Notes: generated by a model not told the origin, from the letters alone. DNA of 64,000 nucleotides from an uncultured bacterium (GCA_964584165.1 CAZOYW010000001.1:45730-109729), one strand, 5' to 3'. Numbered from the stretch's first letter, positions 1 through 10,732 are shown. A program made the numbers and translations.

Positions 1-1306
1 CCGGCCCCATCCGGGCCTGGTTGGCCACGGACTGGGTCGGGGCGTACTCGTCGCTGGTGTAGTGCTCGGTGGACTGCCCGATGATCACCCCGGCGAGGAG
101 CCCGGCGACCACCGACCCGAAGACCCCCCAGGTCATCAGGCCCGCCCCCGCCATCAGGGCGCAGGCGACCAGGATCAGGATCGAGCTGCCGAGCGTCCCC
201 ATCAGGAGGGCCTTGAGCAGGTTCTTCTGGGAGGCCTGCTCCCCGGTGCGGACGAAGAACATCCCGACGATGGAGAAGATGATCCCCAGGGCCGAGACCA
301 GCATCGGCGCAACCACCGCCCGGGCCGGGCTGAAGTGGCCGGCCAGGAGGGGGAGGGCGGCCCCCAGGGCGGCGGTGGAGAGGATGGAGCCGCAGTAGGA
401 CTCGTAGAGGTCGGCCCCCATCCCGGCCACGTCGCCCACGTTGTCGCCGACGTTGTCGGCGATGGTCGCCGGGTTGCGGGGATCGTCCTCGGGGATGTCG
501 GACTCGACCTTGCCCACCAGGTCCGCCCCCACGTCGGCGGCCTTGGTGAAGATCCCCCCGCCCACCCGGGCGAAGAGGGCCATGGTGGAAGCGCCCATCC
601 CGAAGGTGATCATCGTGGTGGTGATCTCCACGAGCTTGCCGTGCACGTAGGCCGGATCCAGCGCCCAGGCCGCGTTCCAACCCTGGCCGGAGAGGGCGCC
701 CGCCAGTCCGACCTTCCTGGCCAGCACCAGGCTCAGTCCGAAGAGGTTGTGGTCATAGATCCAGTTCAAAATCAGGTACCAGAAGGAGATGTCGAGAAGG
801 CCGAAGCCGACCACCACCAGCCCCATCACCGCCCCGGAGCGGAAGGCGATCTTGAGCCCCTGGTTGAGGGAGAGGCGGGAACCCTCGGCCGTCCGGGAGG
901 AGGCCTGGGTCGCCGACTTCATCCCCAGGTAGCCGCAGAGGCCGGAGAAGAAGCCGCCGGTGAGGAAGGAGACGGGCACGAACGGGTTCTGGACCCCCAG
1001 GACCGCGAGCACGCCGAGGATGACCGCGAGCACGATGAAGATCTTGCCCACCACCGCGTACTGGCGGCGGAGGTAGGCATGGGCCCCCTCGCGGACGTAG
1101 CCCGCGATCTGGACCATGGTCTCGTTCCCAGCCGGCTGGGACATCATCCACCGGTAGAAGAAGAAAGCCACCGCCAGGGCGGCGACGGCGGAAGCCGGCG
1201 CGAGCCACCAGGACGCGGGGATCGCCTCGGACGCGGCCCAGCTTGCGGCAGGCGACAGTAGCGCGGCGGCCGCGGCCGCCGCGGCCGACCAGAATGCTCT
1301 CTTCAT
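1..1306 (-). CDS. hppA: Membrane-bound Na+/H+-translocating pyrophosphatase, 5' part (runs off the window)
   Basis: My translation of the minus strand: MKRAFWSAAA...GGIFTKAADVGADLVGKVESDIPEDDPRNPATIADNVGDNVGDVAGMGADLYES, the mPPase signature; GGAGG RBS before the ATG at 1306. Absent from the ORF track because it is truncated. Confidence 0.97.
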   Translation of the reverse strand, partial: MKRAFWSAAAAAAAALLSPAASWAASEAIPASWWLAPASAVAALAVAFFFYRWMMSQPAGNETMVQIAGYVREGAHAYLRRQYAVVGKIFIVLAVILGVLAVLGVQNPFVPVSFLTGGFFSGLCGYLGMKSATQASSRTAEGSRLSLNQGLKIAFRSGAVMGLVVVGFGLLDISFWYLILNWIYDHNLFGLSLVLARKVGLAGALSGQGWNAAWALDPAYVHGKLVEITTTMITFGMGASTMALFARVGGGIFTKAADVGADLVGKVESDIPEDDPRNPATIADNVGDNVGDVAGMGADLYESYCGSILSTAALGAALPLLAGHFSPARAVVAPMLVSALGIIFSIVGMFFVRTGEQASQKNLLKALLMGTLGSSILILVACALMAGAGLMTWGVFGSVVAGLLAGVIIGQSTEHYTSDEYAPTQSVANQARMGP

Positions 1307-1417
1307 GCTTCCTCCCGTCTTTTCCGTATCGTTTCCCGGAAGGCGGCGCGCTCAGGGCGCCGCCCCCGCTGATCACCGAGAGCGAATTATATCCGCTCCC
1401 GGGGCCTTTTCAAGGCG

Positions 1418-1454
1418 AAACGGGGGGCTCGCGCTCGCGCGAGCCCCCCGAAAT
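1418..1454 (-). terminator. Probable intrinsic terminator after the OMP gene
   Basis: CGGGGGGCTCGCGC / GCGCGAGCCCCCCG stem (1421-1450), followed by TTTC on the minus strand. Confidence 0.55.
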
Positions 1455-1482
1455 GACCGCCGACCCGGCGGAACCGCCAGGA

Positions 1483-2145
1483 TCAGAAGAAGAAGTACTT
1501 CAGCCCGGCCCCGAAGACCATGGCGTTCATCTCGAGCTTCTGCTTGCTGCCCCCGTTGACCCGGTACTTGACGTCGTCGATGAACCACAGGTGCTTGACG
1601 TCGATGTTGAGGGCGAGATCCTGGAGAACGAAGTAGTCGATCCCCAGCGAGACGTGGCACCCGAAGGAGTCGTCGGAATTGAGATCGTAGGGGCCCTTGG
1701 ACTTGAAGTTGTTGAAGTAGACGCTGGGACCGAAGCCGAGGTAGAGGCCGAAGTTGGGCTCGGGCTCGCCCCGGAGCTCGAAGGTCAGGTTCAGATAGGT
1801 CGTGCGCAGGCGGCCCTCCACGGGGGCCAGGATCTCGGGGTCGGTGTAACCGACGGTGAGGGCGGTGGCGAAGACGTTGCTCACCGCGTAGGAGATGATC
1901 CCTTCGTAGGCGATCTCGCTGTCCGCGTCGTCGTTGGAGTAGGGGAAGAAGTAGCTCACCCGCGCGCCGAGGCCGGGTCGGCAGGAAACCCCGATCATGC
2001 GCTCGCCCACCTCGATCGGTTTCCAGCGGTCGACGCAGCCGGCGTCGCCGTAGCCCTTGTCCATGTAGGCCTGGCCCCAGCTGAGGCCGGCGACGATCAA
2101 GGCGAGGCATGAAACCCCCATCACGCAGATCAGCTTTGTCTTCAC
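1483..2145 (-). CDS. Outer-membrane beta-barrel protein (OmpW/OmpA-TM-like)
   Basis: GTG start after AAGGAG; signal peptide; alternating beta-strand patterns ([24 protein letters not shown]); C-terminal KYFFF. Confidence 0.8.
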   Translation of the reverse strand: MKTKLICVMGVSCLALIVAGLSWGQAYMDKGYGDAGCVDRWKPIEVGERMIGVSCRPGLGARVSYFFPYSNDDADSEIAYEGIISYAVSNVFATALTVGYTDPEILAPVEGRLRTTYLNLTFELRGEPEPNFGLYLGFGPSVYFNNFKSKGPYDLNSDDSFGCHVSLGIDYFVLQDLALNIDVKHLWFIDDVKYRVNGGSKQKLEMNAMVFGAGLKYFFF

Positions 2146-2320
2146 CTGGGCTCCTTTCCTCTTTTCGCCGCCTGGAGGGCGGCGAAAAGAAAGCGGTTTA
2201 AAGGCTACTGGCATAATATATATGTCTGACTCGCGTGGCAAGGGGAAAATTCTTAAAATCGCACGCGCTGCCTGGCCTGGCCAGGAGCCGCTGGCAGCGG
2301 ATCCTGGCGAGGCCAGGCAA

Positions 2321-2402
2321 TGCCGGGAGCGGGACTCGAACCCGCACGGGTTACCCCATACGCCCCTCAAACGTATGTGTCTGCCAGTTCCACCATCCCG
2401 GC
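2321..2402 (-). tRNA. tRNA-Leu (anticodon GAG), CCA not encoded
   Basis: GCCGGGA acceptor stem; anticodon stem TACGT/GCGTA with loop TTGAGGG; long variable arm; GGTTCGAGTCC T-loop. Confidence 0.97.
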
Positions 2403-2442
2403 GAAAACCCTAATCGCCGGCGCCGCCGATCACCGGCCGGGC

Positions 2443-4221
2443 TTAGTCCCCGGCGGGAGCGCCGAAAAACGATTTTTCCTCACTATACCAGTAAAAGTCG
2501 TCAATCACAACGTTTTGTTCCGCCCGCGCGCGGACGGCGAGCCCCCAGAGGCGCCGCCAGGGCCGCAGCGACTCGATCAGCTCTTCCGCCGAGAGAAGCT
2601 CGCCTTCCGGCTTCTCGGGGGAGGCGAAAGCTTGCGCCCAGCGGACGATCCGGGCGATCTCCTCGATCAGGCGGGCGGTGTCGAGATAGAGGAAGCGGCC
2701 GCCCTCGGGGGGGACGGCGGCGGCGAGGCGGCGGAAACCCGGCTCCTCGACGAGCCTGCCCTCGGCGCCCAGGAAGGCCTTGAGGGCTTTTTCCACCGTC
2801 CCCGCGCTCGTCCCCGCGACCAGGTACCCCTCGGCCACCGTCCAAGCGCACTCCCCGAAAGGACCGGCCGGGACCGTCTTCACCTCCCATTTGCCCCGGC
2901 GGGAGACGGTGGCCGGGCCGGCCCCCAGAAGGGCCGCGACGAATTTCTCCATGCCGGAGTCCGCCGCGGCGGCGTCCTTCGCTTTGAACGCGGCCGCGAC
3001 GTCCGGCAGGGGGATGAGACCGCTCGAGGCGAGGCGGTTAAGAACGACGACCGCTTCGTCGGAGAGAGCGGGGAGGAGGTCCTGCTCGAACTCGCGGGCG
3101 ATCCGGAGGAACTTGTCCCCCTCCTCCCCGACGCCCCCGGAAAGGAGGGCCGGCTTGAGCATCCCCCAGTCGCGCCGCGCCCGCTCCCAGGCGAGGGAGA
3201 AATCCTCGGCCCCGGCCCAGACCATAAGCGCGCCGGCGGGAGCGAAACGGAGGGAGTCGAAACGGCGAGAGATCGGCCGCGGGAGCGCGGAGCCGTAAAC
3301 CCCCTTCGCCCGGTCGGGATCGATCTCCCTCCGGACGAACCCCTTCAGCCCCCGCTCCAGCCAGACCCCCCCTCCGACCGAGCGGACGATCTTGAGGCGG
3401 CGACGGATATTCTCCATCAGCGCTTCCCACTCCCTGACCCCGGGGGCCTCGATCCCGACCAGGCTGTCCCCGCCCCAGAGCGCGGCGAGGCGGTCGACGC
3501 TCAGGTGCCAGGCGAGCCGCGGGGAGCCCTTCGGCGGGAGCAGGGCCCAGGTCTCCCGGAACCCCCCGAGGGAGGCGATCGAGACGCCCTCCCCCTTCCC
3601 CCGCGCCAGCGCCAGGGCCTCTTCCATCCCCTTCCCCGCCTGGACGGGGGAGACGAGGAAGAGGAGGCAGTCGCCCGAGAAGGCGTAGGCCGAGGAGAAG
3701 GGGAAGTCCGCGGTCGGGCGGATCTCCACCCAGGGGAAATCCTTGCTCGCCGACTCCTTCAAGCTCCTGTCTCCGGCGGAACGGATCCGGTCCTGCCAGC
3801 GCGAGACGAGCTCGAGGGCCCGGGTCTTCGCCCCGACCCGGGTGGCGAGAAGGAGGGAGGCCGGGCGTTCGTTCGCCTCGGGGAGAAGAGCGACGGCGAT
3901 CTCCCTCCCCGCGAGCTCGCGAAAGTTGTCCCGGTCGAGAGGGAAGCCGGCGGCCGCTTCGAACGCGGCGGCGAACGCGGCGATCCGCTCCGGGAAGCCG
4001 GCCTTCTTTCCGAGCGCTGAGCCGGCGATCTCCCGCCAGAGATCGCCGGCGGAGAAGCTCTCCCAGAAGCCGCCCAGATCGTCCGCGATGAGGACGAGCG
4101 CGGCCCGCTCGGGGATGAAGGCGCTGAGCGGCGGCGAGGAAGGCGCCCGGAGGATGAAATACCAGGCCGCGAGCGCGGCGAGGACGGCGGCGACGATTGC
4201 CGGAACTATCCATTTTTTCAT
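2443..4221 (-). CDS. Membrane-anchored periplasmic hypothetical protein, DUF3352-like
   Basis: N-terminal TM helix, then PERAALVL...GREIAVALLP and AEGYLVAGTS...VEKAL patterns typical of DUF3352-type proteins. Confidence 0.55.
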   Translation of the reverse strand: MKKWIVPAIVAAVLAALAAWYFILRAPSSPPLSAFIPERAALVLIADDLGGFWESFSAGDLWREIAGSALGKKAGFPERIAAFAAAFEAAAGFPLDRDNFRELAGREIAVALLPEANERPASLLLATRVGAKTRALELVSRWQDRIRSAGDRSLKESASKDFPWVEIRPTADFPFSSAYAFSGDCLLFLVSPVQAGKGMEEALALARGKGEGVSIASLGGFRETWALLPPKGSPRLAWHLSVDRLAALWGGDSLVGIEAPGVREWEALMENIRRRLKIVRSVGGGVWLERGLKGFVRREIDPDRAKGVYGSALPRPISRRFDSLRFAPAGALMVWAGAEDFSLAWERARRDWGMLKPALLSGGVGEEGDKFLRIAREFEQDLLPALSDEAVVVLNRLASSGLIPLPDVAAAFKAKDAAAADSGMEKFVAALLGAGPATVSRRGKWEVKTVPAGPFGECAWTVAEGYLVAGTSAGTVEKALKAFLGAEGRLVEEPGFRRLAAAVPPEGGRFLYLDTARLIEEIARIVRWAQAFASPEKPEGELLSAEELIESLRPWRRLWGLAVRARAEQNVVIDDFYWYSEEKSFFGAPAGD

Positions 4222-4293
4222 GCGCGGTCTCCGAATGATGACGCTTCCGAGTTCACTGGGGCCGAACCGTCATATTAAATTGCACCTTACACC

Positions 4294-5286
4294 TTACACT
4301 TTATTCTTGGCACCTTTCACCTGTTTCACGCACGCCACCCAATGCCCTTCCCCGACCTCCCGGAGCTCCGGGACCTGCTCCCGGCAGCCCTCCTCCCTCT
4401 CCCCGCAGCGGGGGAAGAAGGGGCATCCCCCGCCGGTCTTCTCCTCGGCCGGGGCGGACGGCGCGGGGCGGCGGGGCGCGGCCGGATCGAGTTCGGGGAT
4501 GGAATCCAGGAGCAGTCGGGTGTAGGGGTGGCGGGGATCGGAGTAGAGGGCCTCCCGCGCGGCCGTCTCCACGATCCTCCCTCGGTACATCACCGCCACC
4601 CGATGGGAGATATGCTCGACCACCCGCAAGTCGTGGGCGATGAAGAGGTAGGCGATCCCCATCTCTTCCTGGAGGTCGGCCAGGAGGTTCAGGATCTGGG
4701 CCTGGATGGAGACGTCGAGAGAGGAGACCGGCTCGTCGCAGACGATGAAGGCGGGACGGAGCGCGATCGCCCGGGCGATGCCGATCCGCTGGCGCTGGCC
4801 GCCCGAGAACTCGTGGGGGAAGAGGCGCGCGGCGGAGGCGCCAAGACCCACCCTCTGGAGAAGGCGGCCCGTCTCCTGGTCGATCTCGCGCCCGCTCCCC
4901 CGCCGGAAGATCCGCAAGCCCTCCCCCACGATCGCGCCCACCCGCATCCGGGGGTTGAGCGAACCGAAGGGATCCTGGAAGACGATCTGCATCTCCTGCC
5001 GGAGCCGGCGCAGCCGCGCGGCGGGGGCGGCGAGGACGTTCTCACCCCGGAAGAGGACTTCTCCGCCGTCGGCGGGGAGAAGGCGGAGGATGAGGCGCCC
5101 GAGCGTGGTCTTTCCGCAGCCCGTCTCCCCCACCAGGCCGAGGGTGGTCCCGCGCGGGACCTCGAAGCTGACCCCGTCCACCGCCCGAACCGACCCCGCC
5201 GAGCGGGAGAAGAGACCCCGGTGAAGCGGGAAACTTTTTGTCAGTCCCCGGACGCTGAGGAGAACTTCTCGCGTGTGTTCGTTCAT
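4294..5286 (-). CDS. oppF: Oligopeptide/dipeptide ABC transporter ATP-binding subunit
   Basis: GETGCGKTT, FSGGQRQR, CDEPVSSLD, HPYT, C-terminal GCPFFPRC. Confidence 0.95.
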   Translation of the reverse strand: MNEHTREVLLSVRGLTKSFPLHRGLFSRSAGSVRAVDGVSFEVPRGTTLGLVGETGCGKTTLGRLILRLLPADGGEVLFRGENVLAAPAARLRRLRQEMQIVFQDPFGSLNPRMRVGAIVGEGLRIFRRGSGREIDQETGRLLQRVGLGASAARLFPHEFSGGQRQRIGIARAIALRPAFIVCDEPVSSLDVSIQAQILNLLADLQEEMGIAYLFIAHDLRVVEHISHRVAVMYRGRIVETAAREALYSDPRHPYTRLLLDSIPELDPAAPRRPAPSAPAEEKTGGGCPFFPRCGEREEGCREQVPELREVGEGHWVACVKQVKGAKNKV

Positions 5287-5311
5287 AAGCCGCGTTGCAA
5301 TAATGGTCGAT

Positions 5312-5412
5312 GGGTTAGGGCAAGGTTATTGGTCTGGTCAATGGGTGAGGTAAACGGTGGAACCCGGCCGCACCTAACCTTGGCCCAATGACCAGACCAT
5401 TAACCTAACCCT
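5312..5412. repeat. Inverted-repeat element (family J) between oppD and oppF
   Basis: GGTTATTGGTCTGGTCAATGGG pairs with CCCAATGACCAGACCATTAACC; related copy at 30241-30345. Confidence 0.8.
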
Positions 5413-5442
5413 GGCCAGTTTACCATCCGTGTTCGGACCTCT

Positions 5443-6426
5443 TCAGGTTCGATCGCGCGCTTCTCTGCGGGCGACGTGGCAGGCGGCGAAATGGCCGCTT
5501 TGGAGCTCCTCCAGCGCGGGGTCTTCCTTTCCGCAGACCGGCTCGGCCAGCGGGCAGCGCGGATGGAAGGAACAGCCGGAAGGTCGCAGGCTGGGGTCGG
5601 GGACGTTCCCCGGGATCGCGGCGAGCCTCCGCCGGGTCTGTCCCAGGCGGGGGATCGAACGCATCAGGGCCGCGGTGTAGGGATGAAGCGGGCGGGCGAA
5701 GAGAGCGGCGGTGGAAGCGGACTCCACGATCCTCCCCAGATACATCACCGCCACCCGGTCGGTCTCCCGGGCCACCACGCCCAGGTCGTGGGTCACCAGG
5801 AGCATGGACATCCCGTGGACGCGGCGCAGGCGGCCGAGCAGGGAGAGGATTTGCGCCTGCACCGTGACGTCGAGGGCGGTGGTCGGCTCGTCGGCGATCA
5901 GGAGCCGGGGGCGGCAGGCGAGCGCGATCGCGATCATCACCCGCTGGCGCATCCCCCCGGAGAGCTGGTGGGGATAGGCGTTAAGGCGCGCGGCGGGATC
6001 GGGGAGGTTGACCTCGGCGAGCAGCGCGAGCGCCCGGGACCGCGCCGCCGCCCGGCCGACTCGTTCGTGGGCGCGGATCGTCTCCTCGATCTGGGCGCCG
6101 ACCGTGAAGACCGGGTTCAGGGAGGTCATCGGTTCCTGGAAGACCATGGAGATCGCCTTCCCCCGAAGCTCGCGCATCTCGCCCTCGCCCAAACCGGACA
6201 GGTCTCTCCCTTCCAAGGCGATCTCCCCCCCCGCGATTCGGCCCGGAGGCGGGACCAGGCGCAAGAGGGAGAGGGCGGTCATCGTCTTCCCGCAGCCCGA
6301 CTCCCCGACCAGTCCGAGCGTCTCGCCGGAGGCCACGGAGAAGGAGACCCCGTCCACCGCCCGCACCGCGCCGCCCGCGGCGGGGAAGATCACGCGCAGG
6401 CCCTGCACCCGGAGGAGAACCGTCAT
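5443..6426 (-). CDS. oppD: Oligopeptide/dipeptide ABC transporter ATP-binding subunit
   Basis: [25 protein letters not shown]; ATG at 6426 overlaps the oppC stop. Confidence 0.95.
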   Translation of the reverse strand: MTVLLRVQGLRVIFPAAGGAVRAVDGVSFSVASGETLGLVGESGCGKTMTALSLLRLVPPPGRIAGGEIALEGRDLSGLGEGEMRELRGKAISMVFQEPMTSLNPVFTVGAQIEETIRAHERVGRAAARSRALALLAEVNLPDPAARLNAYPHQLSGGMRQRVMIAIALACRPRLLIADEPTTALDVTVQAQILSLLGRLRRVHGMSMLLVTHDLGVVARETDRVAVMYLGRIVESASTAALFARPLHPYTAALMRSIPRLGQTRRRLAAIPGNVPDPSLRPSGCSFHPRCPLAEPVCGKEDPALEELQSGHFAACHVARREARDRT

Positions 6427-7262
6427 CGCCGCCCTCCCTTCCGCCGCGGGTCGAGCGCGTCCTGGAGCCCCTGCCCAAGGAGGTTGTAGGAGAGAACGGT
6501 GAAGAGGATGGCGAGCCCCGGGAAGAGGGTGAGCCACCAGGCGCTGTCGATGAAATGCCGGCCGGTGGTAATGATGTTCCCCCAGGAGGAGACGGGGGGC
6601 TGGGCGCCCAGGCCGAGGAAGGAGACGCCGGTCTCGGTCAGGATCGCCGCCCCCACGGCCAGCGTGGCGTAGACGAAAACCGTCCCCAGGGCGTTGGGGA
6701 GGATGTGGCGGAAGATGATCCTCCCCCCGGACGCGCCCAGGCTGCGGGCGGCCAGGACGAATTCCCGTTCGCGCAGGGAGAGAAACTCGGCTCGGACCAG
6801 CCGGCAGAGGCCGGGCCAGCTGAAGGCCCCGATCACGACCATGACGTTCCCGATCCCCGGCCCCAGGAAGGCCAGGATCATGAGGATGAAGAAGAAGGTC
6901 GGGAACATCAGCACGATCTCCGTAAAGCGCATGATCAGGAGGTCGACCCAGCCGCCGTAGTATCCGGCCGCCGCGCCCAGGACGACGCCGATCAGGAGGG
7001 CGATCCCGACCGCCAGGAAGCCGACCGAGAGCGAGATCCTCCCCCCGTAGAGGAGGCGGCTTAGGACGTCGCGCCCGAGGTCGTCGGTCCCCAGGGGGCA
7101 GCCCGGGCCGGGCGGCCGGAGGATCTCCGCTTCCTCCGGCCGGACTTCGTCGGGGTCGCGGGGCGAAAGGACGGGGGCGAGGAGCGCCGCCAGGGCCAGC
7201 GCCAGAATCAGCAGCGATCCGATCGTTATGGAAGGATATCGAATGAGCAGCCTAGATCTCAT
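6423..7262 (-). CDS. oppC: Oligopeptide ABC transporter permease
   Basis: [22 protein letters not shown]; EAA-like loop [13 protein letters not shown]; start set at ATG 7262. Confidence 0.93.
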   Translation of the reverse strand: MRSRLLIRYPSITIGSLLILALALAALLAPVLSPRDPDEVRPEEAEILRPPGPGCPLGTDDLGRDVLSRLLYGGRISLSVGFLAVGIALLIGVVLGAAAGYYGGWVDLLIMRFTEIVLMFPTFFFILMILAFLGPGIGNVMVVIGAFSWPGLCRLVRAEFLSLREREFVLAARSLGASGGRIIFRHILPNALGTVFVYATLAVGAAILTETGVSFLGLGAQPPVSSWGNIITTGRHFIDSAWWLTLFPGLAILFTVLSYNLLGQGLQDALDPRRKGGRR

Positions 7263-7297
7263 GCGCCAGCCATCGCAATAGATCCGATATTGTTTCG

Positions 7298-7317
7298 CCT
7301 GCCTGCCGGCAGGCAGG
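7298..7317. repeat. Perfect 20-bp palindrome CCTGCCTGCCGGCAGGCAGG
   Basis: Read directly; lies between oppB and oppC. Confidence 0.9.
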
Positions 7318-7336
7318 GATTTTGTGCTTCGAATTT

Positions 7337-8308
7337 CTATTCGTATCTTATTCTCGGATCCACCCACGCGTAGACCACGTCCGAGATCAGGATCCCCGCC
7401 AGGGTGAGGAAGGCCGAGAGGAGCCCCACCCCCATGACCACCGGGTAGTCGTAGTTCATGATCGCGTTGTATCCCAGGCGCCCCATCCCCGGCCAGGAAA
7501 AGATCGTTTCGAAGATGACCGATCCGCCGATCAGGGAGGGGAGGGAGAGACCGAGGATGGTGACCACCGGGAGGAGGGCGTTCTTCAAGGCGTGCTTCCA
7601 GACCACCGCCGAGGGCTTAAGCCCCTTGGCCCGGGCGGTGCGAATGTAGTCCTCGCTTAAGGACTGGAGCATGCTGGAGCGGGAGTAGCGGGAGAGCCCG
7701 GCCAGCCCCCCGAAGGCGGTGGCGGCCACCGGGAGAACGAGGTGGCGGAGGAGGTCGCGGAGCTGCCCCCCCACGGGAAGGAAAGGCGCATACCAGGGAC
7801 GCATCCCGGAGATCGGGAACCAGCGGAGATGGACGCCGAAGAACAGGATGAGCAGGAGGGCCACCCAGAAGGTGGGCGCGGAGTAGCCGATAAAGACCAG
7901 GAGGCTGCTCGCCCGGTCGAAGAAGGACCCGCGCCGGGCCGCGGCGATCACGCCGATCGGGACGGCCAGGAGGAGGATGGCGCCGAGGGCGAGCGCGTTG
8001 AGGAGAACCGTGGCCCCCAGCCGTTCCCGGATGAGGTCGCGGACCGGCCGATCGTCGACGAAGGAGCGGTCGAGGTCGAGGCGGACCACGCGCTTGAGCC
8101 AGAGAAGGTATTGGGACAGGAAGGGGCGGTCGAGGCCGTAGAGGTCGCGCAGGCGGGCCCGGGCGCTCCCCGCCACCTGAGGGTTCAAGCCGTAGCGGAG
8201 GCTGGCCGGATCGCCGGGGGCGAGGTGCATCACGCCCAGGGTGACCAGGGAGATGAGGAGGACCATGGGCGGGATGATCAGAAGCCGTTTGAGAACGTAG
8301 TGGAGCAT
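7337..8308 (-). CDS. oppB: Oligopeptide ABC transporter permease
   Basis: APGDPA...YGLDRP; EDYIRTARAKGL; ETIFSWPGMG; DPRIRY. Confidence 0.95.
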   Translation of the reverse strand: MLHYVLKRLLIIPPMVLLISLVTLGVMHLAPGDPASLRYGLNPQVAGSARARLRDLYGLDRPFLSQYLLWLKRVVRLDLDRSFVDDRPVRDLIRERLGATVLLNALALGAILLLAVPIGVIAAARRGSFFDRASSLLVFIGYSAPTFWVALLLILFFGVHLRWFPISGMRPWYAPFLPVGGQLRDLLRHLVLPVAATAFGGLAGLSRYSRSSMLQSLSEDYIRTARAKGLKPSAVVWKHALKNALLPVVTILGLSLPSLIGGSVIFETIFSWPGMGRLGYNAIMNYDYPVVMGVGLLSAFLTLAGILISDVVYAWVDPRIRYE

Positions 8309-8503
8309 CGCTAAAGATCCGCCTCTTCCCTCCGCTGGCCGGTCGGACGGATGAAAACGGCTGCACCCGATCGTCGATCCTTGGCCCGATCCGGAGGAAT
8401 TGCGCCGGGAATTTCACCCGTGATATTTATTACACATCAATTCCGATCGGAATACAAATCCTTTGCCTGGATCAAAGAAGATGGCCGATAATCCCCACCC
8501 GGC

Positions 8504-10609
8504 ATGAAAAGAAAGGCTGCCGCCGCGATCATCCCGCTTCTCCTGGGCGCCCTCGTCGCCGTCCTCTCCTTCTTCAAGCTCCGCGACCCCGATCTCTGGC
8601 TCTACGTCAAGACCGGAGAGATCATCCTCTCCACCCACCGCATCCCCCTCACCGACCCCTTCTCCTACACCCGCCCCGGGGCGGAATGGCTCAACCACTC
8701 CTGGCTCGCCGAGGGCGCCTTCGCCCTCGCCGGAAAGGGTGGGCAGGTGGCCGGCCTCTTCGTCCTCCGCTGGCTCCTCCTCCTCGGGACCTTCGCCCTC
8801 GTCTTCTTCACCGCCCGCCGCCGGGCGGGCGAAGCCGCCGCCGCGCTCCTCTCCGCCCTCGCCATCATCGCGGTCTCTCCCCGCTTCGTCGTCCGCCCCG
8901 AGCTCTTCACCTTCTTCCTTCTCGCCCTCCTCCTCGCTCTCCTGGACCGGGCGGCCCGTCGGGGCCCCCTGCTCTGCCTCCCTCCCCTCTTCCTGCTCTG
9001 GGCGAACCTCCACGGCGGCTTCGTCATCGGGCTTTTGACCATGCTCCTGGCCGGAGCGGGAGCGGCGCTCGACCGCCTGACCGGTCGTCTCCGCTCCGGC
9101 GCCCCGCCCCGCCCTCGGGCTCTCCTCCCCCTCCTGATCGCCGGCGCCGCCAGCTCCCTCGCCGCCCTGGCCAATCCCCTCGGGCTCAAGGCCTTCACGT
9201 ACTACGGGGAAATCCGGGAGGCGAGCCGCCATATCTACGCCTGGCAGCCCCTCTCCTTCCTCCATCCGGAGAGCCTCACGCTCGCCCAGTGCCTCTTCCT
9301 CGCCCTGGTCCTCCTCGCCTTGGCGGCGTTCCTCGCCCGGCGCCGGGCGCCCGAGGCGGCCGACGGGCTCCTCTTCCTCCTCTTCTCCGCCCTCGCCTTT
9401 TCGGCCGCCCGCAACCTAGCCCTCTGCTCCCTCGTCCTCCCTTTCGTCTGCGCCCGGGCGCTCTCCGCCGGCCCCCTGCGCGCGGCCCTGGACCGCGTCC
9501 CCCGGTCCGCAACGGCGGCCGTCCTGGCCGCTGTCCTCGTCGTCTCCGCCTTCTACCCCGGCTGGGAGCGCGACCCCTTCCGGGGCGACATCCACCGCGA
9601 GGCGGGCTTCGGGATCTCCCCGGTGAGCTATCCCTTCGCCGTCGCCGGATTCATCTCCCTCCAGCAGCCTCCGGGCGCGATCTTCAACACCTTCGGGATC
9701 GGTTCGACCCTCGCCTACGCCCTCTGGCCGGAGCGGAAGATATTCGTCGATGGGCGGCTCCCGGTATACGGGAACGACTTCCTCGCCGATTACAACCGCC
9801 TCCTCATCGAGAACGAATTCTTCGACCGCGAAGCTAAGCGGCGGCGGTTCGGCCTGGCGGTCGTCGGCCATCTCAACCCCTCCAACGCCTCGCTCCTCGA
9901 GCACCTCTCCACGTCGGCGGACTGGACGCTCGCCTTCTTCGACGGCTCCGCCGCCCTCTTCCTGCCGGCGGGGGATCCCCGGGCCGCCGAGCTGGCCCGG
10001 CGGTCGCTAGACGAGGCGCTTCGCCTCCCCCCCGCCTCCCCCCGGGAGGCCTTCGCGAAGGGGCGCTTCCTCCTCCTCGCCGGCCGGCCGGCGGACTCGC
10101 TCCGCTTTCTCGAGACGCTGGGCCGCGACTTCCCCTCCGCCGTCTCCGTCCAGGCCAAGCTTGCCCAGGCCCTGGCGGAAACCGGCCGCTGGGAGGAAGC
10201 GCGGAGGGCCCTGGTCCGGGCCGTCGCCGACTGGGATGTCGGCCCCGACCTCGCCCTTTCCCTGGCCGACTCCTACTTCGCCAACCGCGATTTCCAGGAG
10301 GCGGCCGCCTGGTATGGCCGCGTCGGGCCGGACCATCCCGAGTTCGCCCGGGCGCGGGTCTATCTCGCCGGCTGCCTCGCCCGCTCCGGCCAGACCGCGC
10401 GGGCGCGCGCCGCCTACGAGTCCTGCGCCGCCGGAAAGTCCAGCTACGCCCAGATCTGCTTCTACAACCTGGCTCGGCTGGCCATGGAGGAGGGGGAGAC
10501 TGCGGAGGCGCGGAGGTGGCTTAAGCGGATCACGGACGCGGGGCTCCGCGCGAAGGCCGCGCGGGATCCCGTGCTGGGGAAGGCGGCGGGGGAAGACAGT
10601 GATCAGTGA
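8504..10609 (+). CDS. Polytopic membrane protein with C-terminal TPRs (putative GT-C glycosyltransferase-like)
   Basis: DPDLWLYVKTGEII...TDPFSYT...WLNHSWL; RPELFTF; LWANLHGGF; IFVDGR; about 10 TM segments, then TPR-like helices. Confidence 0.7.
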   Translation: MKRKAAAAIIPLLLGALVAVLSFFKLRDPDLWLYVKTGEIILSTHRIPLTDPFSYTRPGAEWLNHSWLAEGAFALAGKGGQVAGLFVLRWLLLLGTFALVFFTARRRAGEAAAALLSALAIIAVSPRFVVRPELFTFFLLALLLALLDRAARRGPLLCLPPLFLLWANLHGGFVIGLLTMLLAGAGAALDRLTGRLRSGAPPRPRALLPLLIAGAASSLAALANPLGLKAFTYYGEIREASRHIYAWQPLSFLHPESLTLAQCLFLALVLLALAAFLARRRAPEAADGLLFLLFSALAFSAARNLALCSLVLPFVCARALSAGPLRAALDRVPRSATAAVLAAVLVVSAFYPGWERDPFRGDIHREAGFGISPVSYPFAVAGFISLQQPPGAIFNTFGIGSTLAYALWPERKIFVDGRLPVYGNDFLADYNRLLIENEFFDREAKRRRFGLAVVGHLNPSNASLLEHLSTSADWTLAFFDGSAALFLPAGDPRAAELARRSLDEALRLPPASPREAFAKGRFLLLAGRPADSLRFLETLGRDFPSAVSVQAKLAQALAETGRWEEARRALVRAVADWDVGPDLALSLADSYFANRDFQEAAAWYGRVGPDHPEFARARVYLAGCLARSGQTARARAAYESCAAGKSSYAQICFYNLARLAMEEGETAEARRWLKRITDAGLRAKAARDPVLGKAAGEDSDQ

Positions 10610-10652
10610 TCAGTAATCAGTAATCAGTAATCAGTGATCAGTGATCAGTGAT
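10597..10652 (+). repeat. Heptamer tandem repeat CAGTRAT x8 (family A)
   Basis: 8 units counted; lies between convergent genes. Confidence 0.95.
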
Positions 10653-10732
10653 CGGCAAGCAATAACCGGAGGGAGATCGGGGGCGGAATTCCAGACAATC
10701 TTGAGCGGGATTCTTCATCCCGCTCAAGCTTT

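Noticed and set aside
62-1261. 399-aa plus-strand ORF
   Set aside because: Antisense shadow of hppA, which carries the real motifs.
2321-2443. tRNA-Leu as an integration site
   Set aside because: No integrase, no duplicated tRNA 3' end and no compositional break adjacent.
6423-7367. Extended oppC N-terminus containing SLPAGRQ
   Set aside because: It overlaps the oppB end and is translated palindrome; ATG 7262 is preferred.
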